Shown here: piece after piece, positions 29,501 through 41,596 of the stretch | Position numbering within the stretch: the first letter of the stretch is position 1 | How the letters are laid out: each line of letters begins with the position of its first letter | Assembly: GCA_036825195.1 (NCBI GenBank) | Contig: DAISYQ010000001.1 | Span: forward strand, 179,629 to 243,628 | Origin: Syntrophales bacterium | Lineage (GTDB): Bacteria > Desulfobacterota > Syntrophia > Syntrophales > UBA2210 | DNA: 64,000 bases | Direction of reading: 5' to 3' | Notes under the pieces: model-generated | What the model was told of the DNA's origin: nothing | Database searches by the model: none | What the model saw: the letters and a program-made list of their open reading frames with translations, nothing else | Program-made: the position numbers and the translations under genes

Positions 29501-30141
29501 TACAACAAGACAAGGCACAACCACAGACAAAAAAACTGTTTCTCTTCGATTTCGATGGCGTTATCGCCGATTCCCTGACCTTCTACGAGGAATTTGTCAA
29601 CGCCTGCCTTAAAAAAACAGGGGCACCGATCATATTGACACGTGAAGAATACCTTGATTTATTTAACGGTAATTTTTACGAATCTCTCCGCGCACGAGGG
29701 GTCGATATACGGGCCTTCAATGATGCCGCCCTAGCAGCCACCCCGGAAATAGATTACGGAAGGATCCCCCTCTTCGTCGATCTGCTCCCCGTCATCTGCA
29801 GACTCAGGGAGCAGAACACCCTGCTCGTCATATCGTCCAATACGTCATCCACGATACGGTCTGCACTCACGAGGTATGGGTTTGACGGAGCCTTTGATGA
29901 TGTTCTGGGGGCCGATTTTATGCTCAGCAAAATAGATAAGATCCGTCACGCCGTCAAAAAATGGAATATCGCCAGAGACCTCGTGTACTACGTGGGAGAC
30001 ACCGTCGGCGACATCAAGGAAGGAAGGGCGGCCGGTATCCAAACAGTGGCCGCGACCTGGGGATGGCATCCGAGGGAACGGCTCGAGGGAGCACGGCCCG
30101 ATTATATCGCCGATTCCCCTGAGGATCTCCTCTCAATCTGA
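29497..30141 (+). CDS. HAD-superfamily hydrolase (phosphoglycolate-phosphatase-like)
   Basis: Motif I LFLFDFDGVIADS and motif IV YVGDTVGDI. The start overlaps the mtnA stop. Confidence 0.8.
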   Translation: MIQQDKAQPQTKKLFLFDFDGVIADSLTFYEEFVNACLKKTGAPIILTREEYLDLFNGNFYESLRARGVDIRAFNDAALAATPEIDYGRIPLFVDLLPVICRLREQNTLLVISSNTSSTIRSALTRYGFDGAFDDVLGADFMLSKIDKIRHAVKKWNIARDLVYYVGDTVGDIKEGRAAGIQTVAATWGWHPRERLEGARPDYIADSPEDLLSI

Positions 30142-30156
30142 TTGTCCGAATGCCAT

Positions 30157-30189
30157 AAAAAAGAGGCCCCTTGTTTAACAAGGGGCCTC
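30157..30189 (-). terminator. Rho-independent terminator after groEL (also faces the HAD gene)
   Basis: GAGGCCCCTTG-tttaa-CAAGGGGCCTC is a perfect 11-bp stem. On the minus strand it is followed by T6 (the plus-strand A6 at 30157-30162). Confidence 0.8.
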
Positions 30190-30217
30190 GTGTTCATCGT
30201 ATAGTTGGGTTACGACA

Positions 30218-31894
<1,677 letters not shown>

Positions 31895-32185
31895 TTATTT
31901 TTCAATTATTCCGAGTATATCGTCTTCACGCATGATAAGGTGTTCCACACCATTTATCTTGATTTCATTCCCGGCATATTTACTGAACAGCACTCTATCG
32001 CCGGCCTTCACGTCCATCTTGATCACCTTACCATCGTCCGTCTTCTTACCGTTTCCGACGGCTATTACCTCTCCCTCCATGGGTTTTTCCTTGGCACTGT
32101 CGGGGATAATGATTCCTCCCTTGGTTTTTTCCTCTTCGTCGAGACGTTTAACGATGATTCTGTCATGTAATGGTCGTATCTTCAT
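31895..32185 (-). CDS. groS: Co-chaperonin GroES
   Basis: [14 protein letters not shown]...[13 protein letters not shown]. 96 aa. Confidence 0.98.
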   Translation of the reverse strand: MKIRPLHDRIIVKRLDEEEKTKGGIIIPDSAKEKPMEGEVIAVGNGKKTDDGKVIKMDVKAGDRVLFSKYAGNEIKINGVEHLIMREDDILGIIEK

Positions 32186-32293
32186 ACCTCGTATTCTCCT
32201 CCCTTACACTTTTTTTAAAAGTTTATATTAATATCGTTACTACAGAGGTAACATAAACATCAATCTCACCCTGTCAAGTACCATCAGAAAATT

Positions 32294-32899
32294 TCATGCA
32301 TGTTTTATATCAACCGGAACTTCACACAGTCCCTTGAATCTTTTCGCATCGTCTTCGGTACCGACTATATCATCGTAGTGGATGGGTATGGCTATTTTGG
32401 GTTTGATCATATTGACTGCACGGGCGGCCTCTTCGGCGGTCATCGTATAGGTCCCACCGACAGGCACCAGCATAATATCCGCCTCTATACTCTCCATTTC
32501 CGGAATGAGATCGGTGTCGCCACAATAGTATATCCTCTTCCCCCCCACTGTTACTACAAACCCGAGCCAGTTATTTTCTTTTGGGTGAAAAGCCTTGTCA
32601 ACATTATAGGAAGGAACCGCCTCAACCGATATCTCGCCGATTTGGACTACATCGCCCGGTTTTACTACCCGTATATCACCGGTCAGACCATCGGTACAAT
32701 CCGGTGTCGTGATAATAATCGTATCGTTTTTTTGTATCTTTTTTATATCCTCCACAGACAAATGATCGTGATGACTGTGGCTGACCAGGATAATATCAGC
32801 TTCCTTGACATCTTTCAGTTTCCAGGGATCGATATAGATAACTTTTTCCCCATCTATTCTCACACTTGAATGTCCAAGCCAGAAAATATTGTTCACCAT
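32294..32899 (-). CDS. MBL-fold metallo-hydrolase (UPF0173-like)
   Basis: MVNNIFWLGHSSVRI... with HSHHDH metal motif. SD AAGGAGG precedes ATG 32899. Confidence 0.8.
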   Translation of the reverse strand: MVNNIFWLGHSSVRIDGEKVIYIDPWKLKDVKEADIILVSHSHHDHLSVEDIKKIQKNDTIIITTPDCTDGLTGDIRVVKPGDVVQIGEISVEAVPSYNVDKAFHPKENNWLGFVVTVGGKRIYYCGDTDLIPEMESIEADIMLVPVGGTYTMTAEEAARAVNMIKPKIAIPIHYDDIVGTEDDAKRFKGLCEVPVDIKHA

Positions 32900-32979
32900 G
32901 GTAATCCTCCTTACATAGTATATAGTTCTTGAATTCCCTTGTTGAACTCCATATTGCAAATCACAACTTTTTCGTATCG

Positions 32980-34587
32980 TTACCTTTTTCCGATATGTAA
33001 TATGCCTTTTGTAATATTACACAGATGATCGTTCAGTCTGTCGATGGCCGTCAGGACATCCGAATACACGAGACCGGCATCACTGATACATTCTCCTTTC
33101 CCAAGCCGTTCTATATGGTTCGCTCTGGACTGTTTCACCAGGGCATGCGTTTCTCTGTCGATATTCAGTGCAATGGCTGCAGCCCTGTGATCGTCATGTT
33201 CGATGGCTTTCTTTGTCTGCTTCATAAGCACACGCGTCTTGTCGAAGAGTTTACCAAGTTCCATCTTCGCAGGGGCGGAAAAGCTCAGATTGTATTCATA
33301 TCCACGCTGGGATAATTTCACAATGCTTTCACAGTAATCTCCCACCCTCTCAAGATCGTTTACGCTGTGAAGCAGTGAAGGGACCAGATTCCGTTCCTTG
33401 TCAGACAGTTCCCTCTTTGTGATTCGAACCAGGTACTCGGTGATATTCTTCTGCATCTCGTCAACAGAATCCTCGTCAAGCGCTATCTCGTTCCTGAGTT
33501 TATGATTGTACGTGGCGATGCATTGCGCCGCTTTCTCAAACATCTCTTGACATAAATTCAGCATCGAGACCATCTCCTGGATGGCGGCCTTGATCGCCAG
33601 ATTTGGAGTGATAAGCAGATGGACATCGAGATGTTTTGCTTCTCTCCTCTCGTAATCTTCTCCGGGAATCACCTTGTTCAGAAATGCAACAAAAAGAGGA
33701 ACAAAGGGAAGGAAAATCAATGCATTGACCAGATTGAATGCCGTATGGGAATTGGCAATCTGTCTCGCGATGTCTCCCGATATCATGGGGATGTACCGCA
33801 GATACAGGGGAACCAGAGGTAGCATGATCAGGGTGCCTGTTACGTTAAATAGCGTATGCCCTACAGCCAGTCTCTTACTGGACAAGTTCCCGCCGATGCT
33901 CGCAATAATTGCGGTAATGCAGGTTCCGATTTCAATCCCAAAGAGCAGATAAATAGATGCCTGGAGGTTCAGTAATCCAGCGGACGCGAAGGCTATGATC
34001 ATACCGGTGGTTGTACTGCTGCTCTGCAAGATTGCCGTTACGATCATCCCGGTCAATATCCCGAGGAGAGGACTGGTTCCGAAACTGACAAAGGCGTTTC
34101 GTATCACTTCATTATCGGCCAGGGGTTTGACCGATGAACTCATCATTGCCAGTCCCAGAAACAGCAGGCCGAAACCAAGGAGCGCCCGTCCTTTATTCTT
34201 ATGTTTATCCCTTCGTGCAACAAGAAAAATCACCGTCCCCAAAAACACAAACAGGGGCGCTATCGTCGTAAACTTGAATGCAATCAACTGCGCGGTAACC
34301 GTGGTTCCCACGTTGGCGCCGATCATGATCGCAACGCCTCCCATAAGGGGGATAAACCCGGCATTGAGAAACCCTATGACAATAACCGACGTCGCGCTCG
34401 AGCTCTGAATGACCGCGGTAACAAAGGCGCCCATGAGGACCGATCTGACTCTGCCCGATGTCACCTTCTCGAGCATCGCCTTGAGAAGCCCAAGAGATAA
34501 CTTCTTCAGAGAATCACTCAGGAGGTACATGCCGTAAATAAACAGCCCCAACCCTCCGATAATTCCCAAAACTATCTTGAATTCCAT
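32980..34587 (-). CDS. Na+/phosphate cotransporter family protein with C-terminal PhoU-like domains
   Basis: Duplicated NptA-type membrane repeats (QSSSATS.., QSSSTTTG..) are followed by soluble PhoU-like helical repeats. 535 aa. Confidence 0.85.
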   Translation of the reverse strand: MEFKIVLGIIGGLGLFIYGMYLLSDSLKKLSLGLLKAMLEKVTSGRVRSVLMGAFVTAVIQSSSATSVIVIGFLNAGFIPLMGGVAIMIGANVGTTVTAQLIAFKFTTIAPLFVFLGTVIFLVARRDKHKNKGRALLGFGLLFLGLAMMSSSVKPLADNEVIRNAFVSFGTSPLLGILTGMIVTAILQSSSTTTGMIIAFASAGLLNLQASIYLLFGIEIGTCITAIIASIGGNLSSKRLAVGHTLFNVTGTLIMLPLVPLYLRYIPMISGDIARQIANSHTAFNLVNALIFLPFVPLFVAFLNKVIPGEDYERREAKHLDVHLLITPNLAIKAAIQEMVSMLNLCQEMFEKAAQCIATYNHKLRNEIALDEDSVDEMQKNITEYLVRITKRELSDKERNLVPSLLHSVNDLERVGDYCESIVKLSQRGYEYNLSFSAPAKMELGKLFDKTRVLMKQTKKAIEHDDHRAAAIALNIDRETHALVKQSRANHIERLGKGECISDAGLVYSDVLTAIDRLNDHLCNITKGILHIGKR

Positions 34588-34608
34588 GTCTAGTACCTAT
34601 GTTGTTTT

Positions 34609-35457
34609 CTATCCGCAAGCCTTAGCCGCATTCAATGTATTTTTCAGCAACATTGCTATGGTCATCGGGCCTACACCTCCCGGAACAGGAGTGATATATG
34701 ATGCCCTTTCTGACACCTCGGCAAAGGCGACATCTCCTAATAGTTTTCCGTTCTCCATCCTGTTTGTACCCACATCGATGACGACGGCTCCGTCCCTCAC
34801 CATATCCCCCCGTATCATCTCGGTACTTCCCGCTGCGGCAACAAGTATTTCCGCCCTTCTCGTAATTTTGGGAAGATCTTGCGTCCTCGTATGACAAATG
34901 GTGACCGTGGCGTGTCGATTCAGGAGCATCAGTGCAAGAGGCTTTCCCACCAAGATACTTCTTCCCACAACAACCGCCTCTTTCCCCTTGATATCCACGC
35001 CATACCTGTCAAGGAGTTCTATGATACCCGCCGGTGTACAGGATCGATGGTACGGATTGCCGGAAAAAAGTTTCCCCACATTATAGGGATGTAAACCGTC
35101 GACATCCTTTTTCGGATCTATTGCCTCAACAATGGCTTCTGGCCGTATATGACCGGGTACGGGAAGCTGGACCAGGAACCCGTGTATATCGTGGTCTCTA
35201 TTTAAACCATCAATAATTCCCAGCAGTTCTTCTTCACTCGTAGAGGCGGCGAGTCTTATTTCTTTCGATAGGAAGCCCACCCCTTCACAGGCATTTTTCT
35301 TCCCACGGACATAAATCTGTGAGGCCGGGTCATCACCCACAAGGACAACCGCGAGGCCGGGAACGAATCCCTTATCATCTTTTAACCGCTGAACTTCTTC
35401 CCTGATTTCATCTCTCACGTCCTGAGAAATCTTCTTTCCGTCAATTATTACAGCCAT
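34609..35457 (-). CDS. folD: Bifunctional 5,10-methylene-THF dehydrogenase/cyclohydrolase
   Basis: MAVIIDGKKISQDVRDEI..., VGDDPASQIYVRGK, VVGRSILVGKPLALML, PVPGGVGPMT. The start is 35457 (alternatives 35469 and 35499). Confidence 0.93.
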   Translation of the reverse strand: MAVIIDGKKISQDVRDEIREEVQRLKDDKGFVPGLAVVLVGDDPASQIYVRGKKNACEGVGFLSKEIRLAASTSEEELLGIIDGLNRDHDIHGFLVQLPVPGHIRPEAIVEAIDPKKDVDGLHPYNVGKLFSGNPYHRSCTPAGIIELLDRYGVDIKGKEAVVVGRSILVGKPLALMLLNRHATVTICHTRTQDLPKITRRAEILVAAAGSTEMIRGDMVRDGAVVIDVGTNRMENGKLLGDVAFAEVSERASYITPVPGGVGPMTIAMLLKNTLNAAKACG

Positions 35458-35679
35458 ACGCTCACCCATATAGTTTTCTTGTACCAGCATGGCAACCAAT
35501 CCACCACACCGAATTTTGTGACATGTATATTAGACAATACCACAATGTCAAGGTAATCAACCATCAAACACGACAAATATGATATATGTATGCATATATT
35601 GACTCAATTTTGTTGAACTAAATTGCCTGTTGTGATAGAAAAAGTCGTTTGCCTGGTGGTGGTTGACGGAGGTTCTTAC

Positions 35680-37140
35680 ATGAAACAAAACCTGCGAGAG
35701 ATGCTGGAATGTACCTGCAGTAAATACCCTGACAGGACATTCCTGATATACAAGGGAAGGAACATCTCGTACGCGGAACTGAATCGAGCGGTAAATGCAT
35801 TCGGTAACAGACTGAAGATGCTTGGTATAACAAAGGGAGACCATGTAGCGATTATGCTCCCCAATATACCGGAATTTATTGTCTCCTATTTTGCCCTTCT
35901 GAAAATCGGAGCCGTTGCCGTTACCATCCATACCCTGTCGACATCCCATGAATTGCTGTACCTCCTTGACAATTGTGACGCCAAAGCATTGATCACCATT
36001 CCGTCATCGACAAAAAGATTCGAAGAAATACGGGAAAAGCTTCCGAAATGCGAACACCTGATAACAACGGACGACTCCCATGAGACCCTCTCCATAGACG
36101 GATCCATGGAAATGAATACCTTCGAACTGGACATGACGGACATTTCGGCTGATGATCCAGCCGTTATGATTTACACCGCCGGCCTGACAGGGAAACCGCT
36201 CGGCGCCGTTCTCACCCACAGCAATCTGTCAACCCAGTCTCTCCTCCTTGAAGATATATGCAACGGAACCATGGATGACAGAGGCCTGTGCCTTATCCCG
36301 CTCTTTCATTCCTTCGGGGCCACCGTCAATATGCTGATGATCATAAGGTCAGGTGCAAGCGTTGTCATGATCGATCAGTTCAACCTGGAAACCATCTTCA
36401 AAGCCATTGAGGAACAGCAGATCACCTATATAGCGGCTGTCCCCCGGGTTTTCCTTGGTATGTTGCTTTTTGAAGGGGCGGATCGATACGACATGGGTTC
36501 TCTGAGATTCTGCATTACCGGCGGATCGGCAATGCCGTCTGAGTATATGCCGATCTTTGAAAAGAAGTTTGGAGTCACCCTCGTTGAGGGGTACGGCCTT
36601 ACCGAGGCATCTCCGGTATGTTCGGTAAGCCGGATCGGCGAAACTTACAAAGCGGGCTCTATCGGTCCTCCAATACCCGATGTTGAAGCAAAGGTGGTTG
36701 ACGCCAAAGGGTCCTCCCTACCGACCGGTAGTACCGGTGAGCTTCTTATCAAGGGCCCCAATGTCATGAAGGGGTACTACAAAGATGAGCAGGCCACCGC
36801 GGGGGTGATACAGAACGGGTGGCTCCATACCGGTGATCTGGCACGGATCGACGAAGAGGGTCATATATTCCTCGAAGGACGTTTGAAGCGCATGATAATC
36901 ACCAACGGGTTCAATGTGTACCCCGCTGAGGTGGAAAACATTCTTCGAATGCATCCGGCTGTCAGAGACGCACGGGCAATAGGCAAAGACGATCTCTTGA
37001 GAGGAGAGATTGTCCGAGCACTTGTTATCAAAAATCAGGACGCTCCGATCGGTGAAAAAGTTATTATGAAACACTGCAGGGAATACCTCTCTTCCTATAA
37101 GTGCCCTAGAGAGGTAGAGTTTGTCGAAAAGTTTGACTGA
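35680..37140 (+). CDS. AMP-forming acyl-CoA ligase (medium/long-chain type)
   Basis: IYTAGLTGKPLGAVLTH, GYGLTE, TGDLARIDEEGH. SD GGAGG lies 7 nt before ATG 35680. It is the first gene of the beta-oxidation operon. Confidence 0.85.
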   Translation: MKQNLREMLECTCSKYPDRTFLIYKGRNISYAELNRAVNAFGNRLKMLGITKGDHVAIMLPNIPEFIVSYFALLKIGAVAVTIHTLSTSHELLYLLDNCDAKALITIPSSTKRFEEIREKLPKCEHLITTDDSHETLSIDGSMEMNTFELDMTDISADDPAVMIYTAGLTGKPLGAVLTHSNLSTQSLLLEDICNGTMDDRGLCLIPLFHSFGATVNMLMIIRSGASVVMIDQFNLETIFKAIEEQQITYIAAVPRVFLGMLLFEGADRYDMGSLRFCITGGSAMPSEYMPIFEKKFGVTLVEGYGLTEASPVCSVSRIGETYKAGSIGPPIPDVEAKVVDAKGSSLPTGSTGELLIKGPNVMKGYYKDEQATAGVIQNGWLHTGDLARIDEEGHIFLEGRLKRMIITNGFNVYPAEVENILRMHPAVRDARAIGKDDLLRGEIVRALVIKNQDAPIGEKVIMKHCREYLSSYKCPREVEFVEKFD

Positions 37141-37306
37141 ATGTCAGAGAACGGGGAAACCGAGAATTCGCCTGGTATTTACTCCCCCGGACATACAGTC
37201 ACGAAACCATAAGGGGTGGCAGGAATCTGCCGATTGACTGAGTGTACATTCAGGAATATGATCCTCCCTGAATAACCACCGCATAAACAAACAAAGGAGA
37301 CGTTTT

Positions 37307-38602
37307 ATGAAAGAAGTAGTTATTGTTAGTGGGGCGAGGACTGCAGTCGGAACCTTTGGCGGTTCTCTTAAGGATGTCAAATGCGTTGATCTCGGTGCGC
37401 TCGTTATCAAAGAGGCGATCAAAAGGGCCGGACTCAGACCAGGTATCACCGATTTCATCAAATCATGCCGTCCGGGTGTCTTTGGGGAATTCGACAAGAC
37501 GGAGATAAACGCAAAGCATTACGATTATGACGATTCGCTGACTCCCGCATATTTTGATGAATGCATTATGGGAAATGTCATCCAAGGGGGACAGGGACAG
37601 AACCCGGGACGTCAGGCATCCATATATGCCGGCCTTCCCGAGGAGACCAATGCAATCACCGTCAACAAGATCTGCGCCTCTGGGATGAAGGCGATAACGC
37701 TGGCCGCACAGGTCATCAAGGCAGGCGACGCCGATATGATCGTTGCAGGCGGCATGGAATCCATGAGCACTGCCCCCTTTGCCCTGCCGAATGCACGCTG
37801 GGGATACAGAATGAGCATGCCCTTCGGTCAGCTTACCGATATCATGGTTCATGACGGTCTCTATGAAATCTTTAACAAATACCATATGGGATTTACCGCT
37901 GAAAATATCGCCGCAAAATATGGTATCACCAGAGAGGAACAGGATGAACTGGGGCTCCTCAGCCACCAGAGGGCACGGGCGGCTATCGCCAACGGCGAAT
38001 TCAAGGATGAGATTGTACCGGTCGTCATGCCGCAACGCAAGGGTGATCCCAAGGTATTCGATGTGGATGAACGCCCAATGGACACAACACTGGAACAAAT
38101 GGCAAAGCTTGCTCCCGTCTTCACGAAAGATGGGAAGGGAACCGTAACCGCCGGCAACGCATCCGGCATCAATGATGCTGCTGCAGCCGTTGTATTGATG
38201 ACCGCGGAAAAGGCAAAGGAACTGGGGCTCGAACCCATAGCGAAGATAAAGGGATATGCCGCGGGTGGCGTGGATCCCGCCTATATGGGGCTGGGACCCA
38301 TTCCGGCCACACGGAAGGTTCTGCATAAGCTGGGATTGACGATAAAAGACATAGATTACGTCGAATTGAACGAGGCCTTCGCATGCCAGGCGATCGCGTG
38401 CATGCGCGAGCTGGATATCAGTCTTGACAAGTGCAATCTCAACGGCAGCGGGATTTCCATCGGCCATCCCATCGGATGTACCGGCGCCCGGATCACGTAC
38501 AGTCTTGCCATGCAGATGAAGAAAAAGAATTTTAATCTCGGACTTGCCACACTCTGCATCGGCGGTGGCCAAGGTATGGCTATCGTCCTTGAAAGAGCGT
38601 AA
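37307..38602 (+). CDS. Acetyl-CoA C-acetyltransferase (thiolase II type, with an N-proximal insertion)
   Basis: MKEVVIVSGARTAVGTFGG, active-site NKICASGMKA, NLNGSGISIGHPIGCTGAR, CIGGGQGMAIVLE. Confidence 0.92.
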   Translation: MKEVVIVSGARTAVGTFGGSLKDVKCVDLGALVIKEAIKRAGLRPGITDFIKSCRPGVFGEFDKTEINAKHYDYDDSLTPAYFDECIMGNVIQGGQGQNPGRQASIYAGLPEETNAITVNKICASGMKAITLAAQVIKAGDADMIVAGGMESMSTAPFALPNARWGYRMSMPFGQLTDIMVHDGLYEIFNKYHMGFTAENIAAKYGITREEQDELGLLSHQRARAAIANGEFKDEIVPVVMPQRKGDPKVFDVDERPMDTTLEQMAKLAPVFTKDGKGTVTAGNASGINDAAAAVVLMTAEKAKELGLEPIAKIKGYAAGGVDPAYMGLGPIPATRKVLHKLGLTIKDIDYVELNEAFACQAIACMRELDISLDKCNLNGSGISIGHPIGCTGARITYSLAMQMKKKNFNLGLATLCIGGGQGMAIVLERA

Positions 38603-38732
38603 GTCTCGAGGTAACAACATACCTGAATGAACCGGACAGAAAAACAGACGGACAGTGTACACAGAACAGTAATCCATTCGCTTGCATAGTACACATGCCG
38701 GTTTATTCTATTGAAAATAAAAGGAGAAAATA

Positions 38733-39593
38733 ATGGAAATAAAAACTTTCGGCGTTGTTGGTGCCGGTCAGATGGGAAACGGGATAGCTCAGGTCGCCGC
38801 ACATCAGGGTGGGTTGCATATTATTTTGAACGATATCGCCGATGAATTTGTGGAACGAGGATATACAACCATATCAAAAAATCTCGACAGGATGGTCGCC
38901 AAGGAGAAGATCACAGCCGAGGCAAAGGAAGACATACTCGGCCGCATCAGGAAGAGCACCAATCTGGAAGACATGAAAGATGCCGATTTTGTGATTGAGG
39001 CTGCTGTGGAGCGGCAAGATCTGAAGCTCGATATCTTCAGGAAGCTCGATGCAATCTGCAAGCCGGGCGTCGTCCTCGCCTCGAACACTTCTTCAATACC
39101 GATCACCAGGATTGCCGCAGCCACGAAGAGACCGGAGCTGGTCATCGGCATGCATTTCATGAACCCCGTACCGGCAATGAAACTCGTCGAGGTGATCAAG
39201 GGTCTTGCCACATCGGAGGAAACCTTTGCCCTCACCAACGCTCTCGCGACGCAGTTCGGAAAGACCCCCGTGGCATGTGAAGACTTCCCGGGGTTTATTG
39301 CAAACCGCATACTCATACCCATGCTGAACGAAGCGGTCTACGCTCTCTATGAAGGCGTCGGTACGGTTGAAGCGATCGACAACATTATGACGCTCGGAAT
39401 GAATCACCCCATGGGACCACTGAAACTGGCGGATCTGATCGGGCTCGACACCTGTCTCGCCATCATGAATGTCCTCCACCAGGGCCTCGGTGATTCGAAA
39501 TATCGTCCCTGTCCTCTGCTGAAAAAATATGTGGATGCCGGATACCTTGGGAAAAAGACAGGGAGAGGATTTTACGATTACAGTAACCAGTAA
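38733..39593 (+). CDS. hbd: 3-Hydroxybutyryl-CoA dehydrogenase
   Basis: Rossmann start [37 protein letters not shown]. 286 aa. Confidence 0.92.
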   Translation: MEIKTFGVVGAGQMGNGIAQVAAHQGGLHIILNDIADEFVERGYTTISKNLDRMVAKEKITAEAKEDILGRIRKSTNLEDMKDADFVIEAAVERQDLKLDIFRKLDAICKPGVVLASNTSSIPITRIAAATKRPELVIGMHFMNPVPAMKLVEVIKGLATSEETFALTNALATQFGKTPVACEDFPGFIANRILIPMLNEAVYALYEGVGTVEAIDNIMTLGMNHPMGPLKLADLIGLDTCLAIMNVLHQGLGDSKYRPCPLLKKYVDAGYLGKKTGRGFYDYSNQ

Positions 39594-39608
39594 ACAAGGA
39601 GATACCAC

Positions 39609-40391
39609 ATGGAATATAAGAATATTACCTATACGGTGGAAGAGGGTATAGCCATCATTACCTTCAACAGGCCAAAGGCGCTCAATGCCATGAATTCCGA
39701 GACCATGCTGGAACTCAAAGATGCAATCACGGTATGCAAAGATGATGACAGCGTACGGGTCCTCATACTGACCGGATCAGGGGAAAAGTCCTTCGTGGCC
39801 GGTGCAGACATAGCACAGATGCAGGATATGGAGCCCCGCGAGGCACTTGCCTTCATGGAACTGGGACATGAAACACTGAGAATTCTCGAAACACTGCCAA
39901 AACCATCTATTGCAGCGGTCAACGGATTCGCGCTTGGTGGAGGAGCAGAAATCTCTATGGCCTGCGATGTTCGGTTTGTTGCCGAGAACGCGAAATTCGG
40001 TCAGCCGGAAATCATGATAGGTCTGATCCCCGGCTGGGGCGGTACCCAGAGACTTTCCCGCCTGATTGGCATGGGACGCGCAAAAGAACTGGTATTGGGA
40101 GGAGGACAGATCGATGCCCAGAGAGCGTATGAAATCGGCCTGGCAAACCGGGTATATCCGCTCGATCAGCTTCTGGAAGAAGCCAAGAAATTTGCGCGAA
40201 AACTGATCGGTATGCCTCCGTTCGGGATCAAGATGGCAAAACATGCCATGAACTTTGGATATGATCTCTCACTCGACAATGCTAACAGACTCGAGGTTGA
40301 GTGCTGTGCCCAATGTTTCAGCACACAGGATCAAAAGGAAGGTATGAAGGCATTTCTCGAAAAAAGAAAGCCGAACTACATCGGCAGGTAA
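39609..40391 (+). CDS. crt: Enoyl-CoA hydratase (crotonase)
   Basis: ITFNRPKALNAMN, GADIAQM, NGFALGGGAEISMACD, GQPEIMIGLIPGWGGTQRL. 260 aa. Confidence 0.92.
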   Translation: MEYKNITYTVEEGIAIITFNRPKALNAMNSETMLELKDAITVCKDDDSVRVLILTGSGEKSFVAGADIAQMQDMEPREALAFMELGHETLRILETLPKPSIAAVNGFALGGGAEISMACDVRFVAENAKFGQPEIMIGLIPGWGGTQRLSRLIGMGRAKELVLGGGQIDAQRAYEIGLANRVYPLDQLLEEAKKFARKLIGMPPFGIKMAKHAMNFGYDLSLDNANRLEVECCAQCFSTQDQKEGMKAFLEKRKPNYIGR

Positions 40392-40484
40392 GAATACCGC
40401 AGGCGGGTTTGCCAGTATTATCGTAGCGGTGATTTATACCACAAAGAATGATGTACGGATGCAGTTCTTTGATGAAACAGGTAA

Positions 40485-40527
40485 GAAGTCGGTATCTCGG
40501 CTTACATTCAGATACCGGCTTCTTTCT
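40485..40527 (+). terminator. Candidate terminator after crt
   Basis: GAAGTCGGTATC-14 nt-GATACCGGCTTC forms a 12-bp stem with one G-U, followed by TTTCT. It lies about 95 nt past the crt stop. Confidence 0.4.
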
Positions 40528-41467
40528 GACAACTTTTAACAACTCAGAAGTACTGACATCCTGCGGGCATTCATACAAACTGATACCGGTGGATCAGCGT
40601 CGAAATGACATACGGCATGTCATTTCAGCATACGACAGGTAACCCGTTGATTATATGCATGAAAAAATATTACAATTCTGCGGATAGGCCATAATGACAT
40701 ACCGTATGGTTCCTCAGATTATATGGTTTTATACGAAGAATATCTTTAACATATAAAGATTACATGATAATAAAGACATACAGTCCACAATTCACAAGCT
40801 GGCATCATTACTGCATGAGGCCCCTGACAGGAGTTGTGGTTTATTGTTAAGGTTCTTTTATAACAATACTATCGGTATTGCGTTTATTGAATCAGAACTC
40901 ATATTCTTTCAGATGACGAGGGACAGGGTCGATACGGACTTGTACAGCTGTTCATGCCCATTTGCTGTGCATATGGAGAGGACACGACCATTACAACGAT
41001 CATATTCTAGAAAGGGGTAGCTGCGTCGATACATACGGTAAAACAGCTATATACGGCAGCGTAACCAAGTTGTTAATTGTTATATCTTGGCGTTAAGCAA
41101 TCTGAGATATACCCTTATCTGATCCTGATACTACCCTGAAGTGTCTTGTCTGGATAAAGAGGATCACAATTCGGGTTCACTCTTTTTGTTGATGGTACCA
41201 AAGAAAGGAGTTTTTTCTCGTACAGCAGCCACGCTCACTTTGACCTGTTTTGCACATCATGAGGAGTCATTTATCGACTTCGGTCTCTCCCTGCACAGGT
41301 GAAGCCTTTTCGAATACTTCGTTGTCTTTTACGAATCAGATGCATATATCGATTCACCGTATTTCTATTGGATTTTTTAAAGAGCGACCAGGTAAACATG
41401 ACGCTTTTTAAAAAGTTTTCGGAAATAAGGCTTTGTAGCAAATCCGATCTGTTGCCCGACAGGGTAG

Positions 41468-41596
41468 ATTTTGCACGACTATATGGAATGGCACGGTCTT
41501 CGGTGCTGTTTCAGTCAGGAGCCTTGTTTTAAGCAGGACCAAAAGGAAGGGATTGAGGCATTTCTCGATACGAGAAAGCCATTCACTATATCGTAG
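41468..41596 (+). pseudogene. 3' remnant of a second (paralogous) enoyl-CoA hydratase gene
   Basis: The frame translates ...RCCFSQEPCFKQDQKEGIEAFLDTRKPFTIS*. This parallels the C-terminus of the intact crt (ECCAQCFSTQDQKEGMKAFLEKRKPNYIGR*). The frame is closed by TAG at 41465-41467. Weaker crotonase-like stretches in other frames reach back to about 40851. Confidence 0.6.

Noticed and set aside
32186-32293. Looked for a CIRCE element (TTAGCACTC-N9-GAGTGCTAA) or a sigma-32 promoter upstream of groES
   Set aside because: No CIRCE-like inverted repeat and no CCCCAT-type -10 are present. There is only a TTGACA hexamer without a convincing -10, so I cannot support a call.
37463-38677. 404-aa ORF on the minus strand
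   Set aside because: It is antisense to the thiolase gene. The translation is Cys/His/Gly-rich with no recognisable fold, typical of a shadow ORF in GC-balanced coding DNA.
40448-40642. 64-aa ORF (and the antisense 86-aa ORF 40318-40578) in the crt-bcd gap
   Set aside because: No SD is present, the composition is odd, and the ORF overlaps hairpins. The region is more parsimoniously decayed or non-coding DNA.
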